Positions 1 to 12,203 of a stretch of DNA of 64,000 nt are shown one piece after another. The position numbers were made by a program, and so were the translations under genes. The first letter of the stretch is position 1, and each line of letters starts with the position of its first letter. The notes under the pieces are model-generated. The model was not told where the DNA came from. It was given only the letters and a program-made list of their open reading frames with translations, and ran no database searches. Location of the stretch: assembly GCF_006345805.1 (NCBI RefSeq), contig NC_043006.1, positions 32,984,001 through 33,048,000 of the forward strand. The letters run 5' to 3'. Source of the DNA: Octopus sinensis (lineage: Eukaryota).

Positions 1-905
1 CATCCTAATCATTAAAAAAGGCGGCAACATTGAAACTGACATCCATTACAAACCCACTGACTCTAAACAATACCTTCTATTCACCTCCAATCACCCAAAA
101 CACACAAAGACAAATATCCCCTTCAACCTAGCGAGAAGAATCTGCACTATGTCTCAATGACACAACACGAAATAGAAGACTCCGGGAACTAAGGGCAATT
201 CTTCTCGAAAGACATTACCCGGCATCACTAGTAGACAACGGAATAGAACGGGCCAAATCAATCAACATTCAAGACCTACGAAAACCCAAACACATCCACA
301 GTACAGTAAATAGCCTCCCCTATCTCTCAACACACAACCCAAGGAATGCAGAAGCTTACACTATTATATAAACATTCCACAACTAAATCAAGACCCACGC
401 CTGAAAAAAAATACTGGCAGCTCATAAAAATAATAAAGTAAGAGACAACCTAAATCCCTAAAAAACTCCTCACCAACGCAAATTACAACAACACAAACCA
501 CCGCCCACCATCAAAAAATGTGGTCGCCCCAACTGCAGACCTGCATCCACCTCATTGAGGGATCGTCGTACAAGTTCCACTCGGGACACACATTCATCAT
601 AAAAAATAATTTCACGTGCGCATCAAAACATTTACTCTACGTCATAAGGTGTGAAGGATGCCACGAAGACTACATAGGGCAAACGAGCCTTACCCTCAGA
701 GAAAGAATGACAGTTCACCGACAACAACTGAGGGACCCCTCCACAAGACAGATACCATTAAGTGGACACTTAGACCTTTGTGCACACAATAAGTCCCCCA
801 ATTCTTAGTCTTCCCACTATACCAATGCTCGACAACACCACAGACCAAACACGAATAAATAAGGAAAGTAATCTTATTCAAAAATACAGACCACACTAAA
901 ACATA
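1..905 (+). mobile_element. Penelope-like retroelement 3' remnant (RT thumb plus GIY-YIG endonuclease), with stops and frameshifts
   Basis: The frame from nt 2 reads ILIIKKGGNIETDIHYKPTDSKQYLLFTSNHPKHTKTNIPFNLARRICT (PLE thumb). ORF 518-808 contains LLYVIRCEGCHEDYIGQTSLTLRERMTVHRQQ (GIY-YIG pattern), followed by an FLVFPLYQC...KESNLIQKY-type C-terminus. Confidence 0.9.
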
Positions 906-1144
906 CTAACATACTCTAACATACCCCTGGAAACACATCCAGAGCAAGCACACAGGGACACGCGCACACTCACAGCATATCGTGCGGGCGGGCGGGCACA
1001 TGCACACGCATCGGCACGCATAGGACACACTAGCGGGCATTGACCGCACACATACGTGGCATACACACGCATGCATTATATATATGTAGGTTATGTCATA
1101 CACACGCAGCATTATATATATGTGGTTATGTATGTGTGTGAGTG

Positions 1145-1178
<34 letters not shown>

Positions 1179-2054
1179 ACGTTGTGTGTGTGTGCGCGCG
1201 TGTGTATATATGTGTGTGTGTGTGTGCACTGTGTGCGTGTGTGTGTATGTGTGTTGTGTGCGCGCGTTGTGTGGTGTGTGTGTACACGTGTGTAAATAGT
1301 GTGTGTGTGTGCACTGTGTGCGTGTGTGTGTGTATGTGGTGTGTGTGTGTGTGGTGTGTGTGTGATGAATTTTATATATATATATGTGTGTATGTGTTGT
1401 GAAAAAATATATGTATGTGCATGTATGTATGTATGTATATGTATATATATATATATCATATATATATATATAATATATATATATATGTATATATATATGT
1501 GTATGTATATGCGTGTGTGTGTATATTTATTTGCAATGTTTATGCGTGTATAAACATGTGCATTATTGCATGCGCATTGTGTATATGTATATTGTATGTA
1601 TGTGTATTGTATATGTTGTGTACAATTAAGTGTATATATGTGTGTGTATGTGTGCATTGTATATATGTATATTGTAGGTGTGCCATATGTGCATGAATAC
1701 ATGTATATGCATTGCGTGTATATATATGATGCATTGTGTATGTATGTTATGTCTGTGTGTGTTTATATATATTATATGTATGCGTACGTGTATGTGTATG
1801 CATTGTATGTATGTATATTGTGTGTAATGTGGTATATCTATGTAGTGTATGTAAACACTATTTATATGTATACATGTATATTATGTATATGCATTGTCTA
1901 TATATATATATATTATATGTATGTATTGCGTACGTATTTGCATGCATATATTGTGTATGTGTATTATATACATGCTGTATTTGTATATTGTATGTGTATA
2001 TATATGCTAGGTGTATTGTGTGATATTTATATTATGTATGGATGTGTGCGTGTG

Positions 2055-2089
<35 letters not shown>

Positions 2090-2236
2090 GTGTGTGTATG
2101 TGTGTTATATATATATATATGTGTGTATATTATATATAAATACATGTTATATTTGTGTGTTGTGTGTATATATTATATATGTGGGTGCGTTGTGTGTGTG
2201 TGTGTTCTGTGTGTGTGTGTGTGTGTGTGTGTGTCG
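906..2236. repeat. Irregular TG/TA/TATG mosaic simple repeat
   Basis: About 1.3 kb of interrupted dinucleotide repeats; source of many spurious C/V/Y/H/T ORFs. Confidence 0.9.
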
Positions 2237-2470
2237 TGCTAACTAACCTCCTGATAACCCCAAAACCATTCATGCTTGAAGGGGAAGTATACACCACACT
2301 GGGTACAACCTTTTTTCTCTCATTTCAACCTTTCTGCTTAAACAAACAGGTCAGTAACAACATATTCTCGCCTTCAACTTAAAATATTCTGAGATGTATA
2401 AAAAATCCATTTTAATTTTTGCTGTCAAAAGATTGTATATATATACCAAAGACTGTATATATATACATGT

Positions 2471-2760
2471 AATGTGACAATTTGCGACAACCAATAATTA
2501 ACGCAACCAAATTTCCAATAATATATTGTTTTATCCTTCTGCCAATTTTCCAAAATATCTCATCCACACTATTGAACTTCTCTGTACCAAAACTATATTT
2601 ATACATGTAATGTGACAATTTTGTATAAAAAAAAACATTTTTGAATTCATAATATCCAATGTGACAATTATGTAAAAAACTTGTTTTGAATGCATAATTC
2701 AATGTGACAATTATGTAAAAAACTTTTTTGAACCCATATTATCAATGATACTTTTAATGT
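2471..2760 (+). repeat. Degenerate 43-49 bp minisatellite with an AATGTGACAATT core
   Basis: Core at 2471, 2609, 2658 and 2701, with a degenerate unit at 2744. Confidence 0.8.
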
Positions 2761-2804
2761 TACTTTTGACAATCTTTTACCAAAGAGTGAAACCGGTTAA
2801 GTAA
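2760..2804 (+). ncRNA. Minimal type I hammerhead ribozyme, U3-A8 core variant
   Basis: Stem I TTACTT (2760-65)/AAGTAA (2799-2804); core TTGACAA; stem II TCTTT/AAAGA; GAAA at 2789; palindrome ACCGGT; N17=U. Confidence 0.65.
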
Positions 2805-2896
2805 ATAAACATCGTTTAAATTGCATTTTAAACCTTTTTTCTTATATAATCCCACTCGTGCGATACCCCACAACTCAACTTTTATATATATATTAT

Positions 2897-2944
<48 letters not shown>

Positions 2945-2947
<3 letters not shown>

Positions 2948-3457
2948 ACAATTTAGGAGTGACCTTAACAGGCCATTCGTCCCAGAAAGAGCAGCCATAA
3001 CTACACCGCCAAGTAGTAGTAATCAGAAATTAGGTGAAAATTTAAAAACATTTACCCTAATTCATCTTTTTAGACGATGCATCGTTTCTGTGTTATTAAT
3101 GATTAAATTAGCTTAATTAAAATTAAATTAAGCTAATCTACCATAGGTCACACTTCATCAGTAAAAAACCTGGAGAGACAAATATACACGAGGCGTCTGT
3201 ATCGATGCCTCCGGAATATCTGTCTTAAAATTTTCAAGACCGACGTATTCGCGCCAAACTTATCAGCAGTAAATATAAACTGCCGATTCAATCTCAGAAT
3301 TATTCAGAAAATTATCAATTAGTCAATTTAGGGTAGCAAAAAATTCAATAGAAATTTATCGCTACCAACGGCCTAGTGGAAAAGAGAAAATAGTCAAAGA
3401 CTAAATATATAAATATAACAATTTAGGAGTGACCTTAACAGGCCTAAATTGACTAAT
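2945..3457 (-). mobile_element. Terminally redundant HHR-bearing non-coding element (retrozyme-like or PLE pLTR-like) between (TA)n runs
   Basis: Identical 30-bp direct repeat at 2945-2974 and 3415-3444 (period 470 bp); 3443-3457 is the reverse complement of 3318-3332; contains an HHR with an intact core and several hairpins; no ORF. Confidence 0.75.
3066..3168 (-). ncRNA. Type I hammerhead ribozyme with an intact catalytic core
   Basis: Minus strand reads TTTTTTA-CTGATGA-AG-TGTG...12-bp hairpin...CACA-GAAAC-GATGCATC-GTC-TAAAAAG. Helix III is the 12-nt palindrome ACGATGCATCGT; GUC cleavage triplet. Confidence 0.85.
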
Positions 3458-3480
3458 ATATATATATATATATATATATT

Positions 3481-4776
<1,296 letters not shown>

Positions 4777-5038
4777 CTCTAGAATTTATATATACGCACT
4801 CATTTATATATGTGTGTATGTGTATACTATATATACACACATATCTATATATGCATGTATATATATGTATATAGACAAGCTTCATTCTGAGAATAAATAT
4901 AGCTAGAGATTTACATTTTAACAGCAGGAATATAAGCCAACAAGACTCTATTCGGTGAATGATTGGCACACAAGAGAGAGAGAGGGAGAGGGAGAGAGTG
5001 GGAACGGGCGAGCGAACGATAGATAGACAGACAGACAC

Positions 5039-5135
<97 letters not shown>

Positions 5136-5404
5136 CAGAGAGAAAGAGAGAACGAGAGAGAGAGAGAGAATCTTATGTAGGTGACATAAAAATCCTGCTT
5201 GAAAATAGAATAATATAAAAGGGTGTCTGTGAGCTGAAAGAAAAATAACAAAAGCCAAGAATTTTAAGTTACAAAAATTACAAAATTACAAAGAATAAAT
5301 GAAATATACAGGAAAATAAGGAGAAAAGATGGCGCATACTTAAACACACACACGTACACATGTACATGCGTATGTATATACACATAGGTGTGTAAAGAGT
5401 GTAT

Positions 5405-5868
5405 GTATCTGGGGAACTGGTCACCGGCACAAAAGCACGAGGATGACATCATCTTTGTTTCAAGGATGTCTGTAAGAGGGATACGAAGTCACTTGATCTG
5501 GACGTCCTGAGGTGAGGGGAGGCTGCAAATGATCGCGCACACTGGAGGTAAATACTGCGAAAGGGAGGAAGCAAGCGGAAGAGGAGGAAGCAAGCGGAAA
5601 TGGAGGAAGCAAGCGGAAGCGGACGAAGCAAGCGGAAGGGGAGGAAGCAAGCGAAAGGAAAACAGGAACTCGCCACCAAAGAAAAACGCACTCGACGGAA
5701 GGAGAAACCAGTGGCACCGGCAGAGAGCTCTTGCAGTCTCTGTATGTATGACTGCCACTTCTGTGTGGGTCTGTGCGGTCACAACAGACGCTGCACCACC
5801 ATCAGTAGCTGACACGATTTCTTCGGCGCAGATCCACGGCCTTTTGAGATCGACGGATGCTTACTACG

Positions 5869-5870
<2 letters not shown>
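5405..5870 (+). mobile_element. RTE/BovB-type LINE 3' end, degenerate
   Basis: Reads GELVTG...FKDVCKRDTK...AANDRAHWR, then EKRTRRK...CSLCMYDCHFCVGLCGHNRRC (C-terminal zinc finger), then a short 3' UTR. Confidence 0.8.
5562..5656 (+). repeat. Five 19-bp tandem units (NNGGAGGAAGCAAGCGGAA) inside the RTE remnant
   Basis: Units start at 5562, 5581, 5600, 5619 and 5638. Confidence 0.9.
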
Positions 5871-5904
<34 letters not shown>

Positions 5905-5906
<2 letters not shown>

Positions 5907-6110
5907 TATTGTTCAAATTTATAGAATAACAAAGACGAAGACAGGTGTAGGAACAATAAGCAAGTATATTAGTTTGACGCTCGAGAAAAATGGAAAAGTC
6001 TTTTACGTTTCGAGCCTACGGTCTTCAACAGAAAGGAATAATAGGAAATAAATAGAGAATGAAAGAAAAACGTGTTGAGTTCAGTGGTCCACAAACGATG
6101 CCCTTATCCT
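5905..6110 (-). mobile_element. Short non-coding repeat carrying a minimal HHR-like motif (6000-6035); same family as 59240-59420
   Basis: Minus strand reads CTTT-CTGTTGA-A-GACC-GTAG-GCTC-GAAAC-GTA-AAAG. Downstream CGAGCG..AACTAATA...GTCTTCGTCTTT is shared with the 59.3-kb copy. Confidence 0.65.
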
Positions 6111-6363
6111 TAATTGTTTTATAAACTTCCTTACTAACCACTACGCCTAGCTTACTATAATAACTTATCTCTTACCCCCACTCCAGCCTACTTAGACTCC
6201 TCGCCCGGGTCTATGATCTTGGGTATCATATTACTCCCTTTTCGTAGCCTAAACGGCCAACATAGCTGTTCGTTCTCCCATTTCACAGTTGGCCTCGACA
6301 GACTCTAGTCACCACAACCTGGCTGTATTCTTGGGATACTTCTTCGCTTTGTAAAAATTAATT

Positions 6364-6447
6364 CTCATCTGACGATTATGGTCTTTTACAATGATGTAAT
6401 GTTCTCTTTCTTCTATTAAAAGTTACGAAAGAAACAGCTGTGATGAG
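6364..6447 (+). ncRNA. Type I hammerhead motif, probably inactive (G at position 17)
   Basis: CTCAT/ATGAG stem I, CTGACGA core, long imperfect stem II (CTTTTA 6383-88 with TAAAAG 6417-22), GAAAC, palindrome ACAGCTGT. Confidence 0.65.
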
Positions 6448-6657
6448 CTGACAATTATCCATCGGTTGTTATTATTCATTTGACTATAATACACAAAGGG
6501 AACTTACCACTTGTCGGACACCCTAGAGTATATCAACAGACTAATCCGCGATTTGAACAATTCCCTTAGACGCTAAATACTCACAGAGCTGGGTTTCTCT
6601 GTGTGCACAACCCAAATATCCTATCTGATATTTCGACTTCCACCAGCCATGAATTAT

Positions 6658-6720
<63 letters not shown>

Positions 6721-6773
6721 GTATGCATGTATGTATGTATGTATGTATGTATGTATGTATGTGTGTATGTAAG

Positions 6774-6808
<35 letters not shown>

Positions 6809-6847
6809 ATGTAATTATATATATATATATGTGTGTGTGTATGTAAT

Positions 6848-6882
<35 letters not shown>

Positions 6883-8414
6883 ACATACACGTATGTATGT
6901 ACTATATATAACTTAATGAATGGCAAGCATATGTGTGTCACGTAATCACGTATACGCACACACACACATACATGCATGTATTTAACTTACTTTCTTATTA
7001 CTCTGTTAGCTGTAAAAGACATTTCGTATACTTTACAGTCTATCACGAAACTATCTGAATGCGTAATGCAGAAGAAAATCCGCAAACCCTTTTTCTTTCC
7101 CCTTTCCTCCCTTCATTCATTCTTTAAAGAATTACTAAAGACACACCGGGGAACATTTGCAAATCCCTCACTTCCAGCATAAAGCGGATAACCTTATATT
7201 GGTGTTTTATATTCTTGATGGTTTGTACCTGAGGCATTTCCTTGCTCTCTGCCCTATTCACACCTAATGTGTCAACTCTCTCACTCTCTCTATTTTCTTC
7301 TGTGTCACTTCCTCTGTCTGCATCTCTCTTTCTCTTAACTTTAACAGTAACAGAAATATTATCGCCTACAGAGGCTCTATCTACTACCGATAGCAACCTA
7401 ATTTCTTTCAAACCATACCCTACTGTCTTAAAATAAGGAAATTGTACAAGGTACATGAAGCCTAAAAGAAAGGAGAATTTCTATTGACCAAAGAAAGTTA
7501 CAATAATGATAAATTTAAAACAACAGTAAAACAACTTCTACCATCTCTCTCTTTGTCTCTAACGCGCACGTGCACACACATACACACACACACACTTTTT
7601 CTCCCACACTCTTTCCTTTTCTCTAATAACAGTGGGGAAGGGATAACAAAAAACCACAACAAAATAGCAATCGTCTACTACTCTTCTTCCTCACCCTCCT
7701 TTCTCTTTTTCCTTCGCCTACCCCTTCTTCTCCCCTTCCTCTCCCTCCTTCTTCTCCCATTCCTCTCCCTCCTGCATCTTCTATTTCTCTCTCCGCTTTC
7801 TCTTAACATCAAGAACAACAACACTAACTGCTAACACTACTGTTTCTATTTTTTTTACATTCAAATTATCTTCCTGAAAATTAATCTACGAAACGCCGAC
7901 CATGAAATCCATCTACTATTCACCACCTGTTGCAGATATATTACCTAATGATGTGCCCATCCTATAACTACGACCTATAAAACAGACACGCCACCCACAA
8001 CCAATAATGAAAATACAGCTGTTTCCCTTTAATTGCACACGTTTCCATTTTATCTTTTCTCCTTAGAAAAATAATATCAATAAAGTATGCTGTTGAGGCT
8101 ATGCCAAAGTAATATTGAAATAGGAAAATATAGTCATCAATGAAATAAAAACAATTAATTTTTCATTGCAGGATCATTGCTTAATCATTAAATTTTAGAA
8201 AAAAGTATTGTAAGTCGATATTCTATCGGCGTTTCCTGACAAATATTTGTTTCATTTCATTGATTAACTAGCTATTGATTATATATTAATCATTTTACAA
8301 TGTTTTTAGAGTGGTTAATTATTTCTAAAAATTACAGGTGAAATATAGAAATTAATACAAATTGAAATTAATGTTATTGTGTTATTCAGCTTCAGCTATC
8401 TTTATTTAAGTTAG

Positions 8415-8456
8415 TATTGCTGACGGATTCTATCATGGAAGAAATTATTAACAATA
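8415..8456 (+). ncRNA. Decayed minimal hammerhead motif
   Basis: TATTG-CTGACGG-A-TTCTA-TCA-TGGAA-GAAA-TTAT-T-A-ACAATA. A9 is altered and stem I is offset by 1 nt. Confidence 0.45.
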
Positions 8457-9039
8457 TATAAAGTAACAATAATAATAAGTCCATATCCTACGCAAGACAC
8501 TATCGATTCAATAATACAACCTAAACAAAACAACTCACAAACACAAGACACACTCTATACAGCAGTTATCCAGTGAAATTTACTTCAACCAGAAATCCAA
8601 ATAACCACGCATTACACACTCAACACACAATACAAGCAATAATACAACAAAAGTCAGTACCACACCTCAAGAGAAAAACAGAATCTGACGCAATAAAATA
8701 CGGAGGGGAGTTTGCATACTTCCAACAAACAGAAAAGAACTCAGAATGCTGGAGAAACCCCAGTAACATGGAGGTGTAGCAGACGACGCAATAGATATTT
8801 GCGTGAAACTACCAAATGTTAAACAATTATAATGATAATGATGATGATAATGATAATGATGATGATGATGACGACGACGACGATGACGATGATGATATTA
8901 GTAATAACAATTGCTTATTGTCAATAAAGTACGTAGAAACACGATGCAAAGAAATAGACCAGTGAGAGTTTATATAAAAAATAAGAGCAATAGCAATGAA
9001 CGAGAAAATGTTAAGAACGAAATTCCTCAGTTGTTGGGA

Positions 9040-10265
9040 GACGTCAACCAACGGCAACCATGGAACTTCATTCTTCTCACCAAGAGTACCATGGCAACAG
9101 TTTCTATCACCACTGTGTTTCTAAGCCTACAGTCGACTGGTTAGGTTTCATCTTCGCCACTCACCCATTTTTCAACAGATTTTCTGGGAAGAGTATCTCT
9201 CTCTCAACTCTCACTTTCCTTTACAAAAGTTTACGAAAATTTCGATCAGGGCTTGGCCGGAGGGGAAAAGTCCATCTACAGTCTTTTCAGTAACACTCAG
9301 CTCACAACCTCTTCCGCCATAGCGATAGGAAGGCGGTGAGTCGATCTTCGTGCGGAAGTAGGCCGTTAACCAAACCCGTCCAATACGAAACAGCAGTTAT
9401 TCGACAAGATTCCACAAGTCAGCAAGGCTCGAGCACCACACATGCCTATGCAGGAGGTTTGATCGCTCTGCAAGCATCTCGGAGAGACGGGGATGACGGT
9501 ACAACCAAACCTGTTGAATTTATCTCGAACCAGCAATGCCTTACCATACTACTGCCAGACCGGACTTCACTGTAATTATTTATGGACGTCGGCCCGAATG
9601 ACCTCCAAGAAAGGAAAGACCAACCAGCTGAATTTCATCGACGCCCAGTGTTTCTCCGAAGGCGTCACCTCTCTTACCCACCATTAATCTTCTGTATAAC
9701 ACCATGTGGTCAGTGGAACTTTCACCGGCCACATTGCTCGACTGACTAGAGGTCTGTGAACGCCTGACAACATTTTGTGTGCCAGGCGTCCAGTCTGGCT
9801 TTACGCTTGATCTAGGAATGCAACTCTCTGAAGGAGACGAGCTGCGGAAAAGCGTGTTGAACTAAAGCCAACTACAGCTGCTCACCGTCAAGGAAACGTT
9901 GGAGATGTCATAGACACAGCGCATGTCTGCGCATCATTACCCATAAAAATCCTCCACGCAGCAGGCGTGGACAGCAAGCCGATCGTTTGTCCAGCGGAGC
10001 ATGTCTCATTCACAGAAAGCAGGAACGTGTTCCATTTTGGTCAGCTATGGAACAGAGAATGTCGTAAAGGTTAAGCTGGTGGTAGATGACGGATGTAATG
10101 CAAGCATTCACTGTCCCTACCCAACATTTCACAGACAGTTTGCCTCCTCGTGAAACTGCCACCCTATTCTCTTTCTTGTTCTTGTCTACCTGGAGGTCTG
10201 AATCAAACACGAACAATTTAACCGGCCCGTCCGTCCAGTATCTTCTTCTCCAACTATCTCTTTTT
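9040..10265 (-). mobile_element. Tx1/L1-clade LINE ORF2 C-terminal fragment, a different family from 3904-4526
   Basis: Reads DLQVDKN...GKLSVKCWVGTVNACITSVIYH, a C-terminal Cys/His zinc-finger-like segment (CSSLADLWNLVE follows), and a KVRVERE motif homologous to the 4.3-kb copy; many frameshifts. Confidence 0.75.
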
Positions 10266-11582
10266 AACGAAAGAAACTTTCTTGAGAATTATGAATACTT
10301 TCCTTGCTACTTGTACTGCGGTAGCATTCATCCGGGGACTATAAAAATCTGCAAGACCTCCTTAACATTTAAAGGATTACGAACAAAACAAGAAGCTCTC
10401 CTTCATAACCTTGCTATCAAGCACACACACATATACATATATATATATAATGCTGAACGTCTTAGAAGTCAGCTGTCCTGCTGACGTGAATATCTCTTTG
10501 AAAGTCAGACAGAAAGGGAGTGACTATGAACAACTGCTTCGAAACTTCAAGCTTCTATATGCAGATTTTTAATTCACATTTATACTAATAATAAATTGGT
10601 GCTCTTGATTTTGTAGGTAAATATCTAAGCGATAATTTGGATAAGCTAGGCTTTTTAGGAAAATAAATCCAACAACTAACTCGCCTATTAGAAATGCAAT
10701 CAATAAGTGGAACGGTAAAAGTTTGCAAGCCTTTTCTCAAGTTTAAAATGTGGCACTATTTTTATTATCTACACTCCAGTGATGTAGATTTGTATCTTTG
10801 TTAGAAACCAGCTTCTTCCTCAGGGGAAGAATTTAAATAATTAAAAACAGAAGAGAACATGCATTCATACGTACATACACACATATGTACATATACAAAT
10901 ATCCACACATATGTACATATACAAATATACACACATACGTATGTGCGCGTGTGCGTACATTGTCATTACTGTACAATCTGTATGTCATGTCTTGTTTTGT
11001 TTAGATATTTATACGTCTTCCTTTTTACCTGTTACCAAAGCATATATTATTGTGATTCTTCATATTCCATTCTTCTCACAATATATTTTTGGCTAATACA
11101 TCAACTTTGTAGCATTGTGAAATTGAATAGTACAATGGCCATTGTTCCATTAAGTGTTAATTTAGATTACGGTCATGTATAGTGTGATTTATTAGTCCTT
11201 CACTGACAACCTTTATCCTGCAGTTATATATAAGTTCCTCTCTTACGTTTAGTTTCTAATTTCATGCAAAGGACAACAAGACTTTAATATTAAATTTCAG
11301 CCCTGAGAGTTTTAACCAATACAGGTTCTATAATCTCTATTCGGCTTAATAAATTGTACAGGTTATTAACGAGGTAGGAATTTGCTTGTCACTTTTTTTT
11401 ATTACATTTTCTAGGCGTTTGATATTTCGTTTTCGCTTTATATTTCATTTTCATCATTAAATTGTTCATTTTTTATTCGCCTCCAGGAATAATCGTTCTC
11501 TGCTCTTCGAATTTTCTAGAATTATGATTCAATCGTGATATTTATGAATCTTTCAAGTAATACAGAGTTTATAGTTGATAAG

Positions 11583-12203
11583 ACGGCGAGCTGGCAGAAT
11601 CGTTTACACACCGGGCCAAATGCTGAGCGGTATTGCGTCTGCCGTTACGTTCTGAGTTCAAATTCCGCCGAGGTCGACTTGGCCTTTCATCCTTTCGGGG
11701 TCTATAAATAAAGTACCAGTTACGCACTGGGATCGATGTAATCGACTTAATCCCTTTCTTTGTCCTTGTTTGTCCCCTCTATGTTTAGCCCCTTGTGGGC
11801 AATAAAGAAATAAGAAACGATAGCACGCCGGGCGAAATGCGTAGCCGTATTTCGTCTGCCGCTACGTTCTGAGTTCAAATTCCGCCGAGGTTGACTTTGC
11901 CTTTCATCCTTTCGGGGTCGATAAATTAATTACCAGTTTTGTACCGGGGTCGATGTAATCGACTTAATCCGTTTGTCTGTCCTTGTTTGTCTCCTCTGTG
12001 TTTAGCCCCTTGTGGGTAGTAAAGAAATAGGTATTTCGTCTGTCTTTACGTTCTGAGTTCAAATTCCGCCCAGGTCGTCTTTGCCTTTCATCCTTTCGGA
12101 GTCGATAAATTAAGTACCAGTTACGTACTGGGGTCGGTCAAATCGACTGGTTCACACCCACCCCCCAAAGATTTTGGGTCTTGTGCCTAGAGTAGAAAAA
12201 GAA
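11583..12203 (+). mobile_element. tRNA-SINE family A, trimer with a single 15-bp TSD
   Basis: Three B-box units (GAGTTCAAATTCC); TTTATAGTTGATAAG at 11568-82 and 12204-18. Confidence 0.9.

Noticed and set aside
2609-2760. Regularly spaced short repeats resembling a CRISPR array
   Set aside because: The spacers are similar to one another, the context is eukaryotic and there are no cas genes; this is a minisatellite.
8005-8075. Minus-strand GAAAC-AGCT-GTA with an upstream CTAAGGA
   Set aside because: Neither stem I nor stem II pairs.
8480-8820. Possible ancient LINE or PLE coding remnant (STRNPNN; NPSNMEV)
   Set aside because: The similarity is too weak to assign a family.
10455-10565. HHR-like GAAACTTCAAG preceded by a long stem
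   Set aside because: No convincing CUGANGA core or stem I.
11583-11670. tRNA-like A and B boxes in SINE heads (also at 31640-31739 and 52455)
   Set aside because: No complete cloverleaf, and each continues into a SINE body; these are not tRNA genes.
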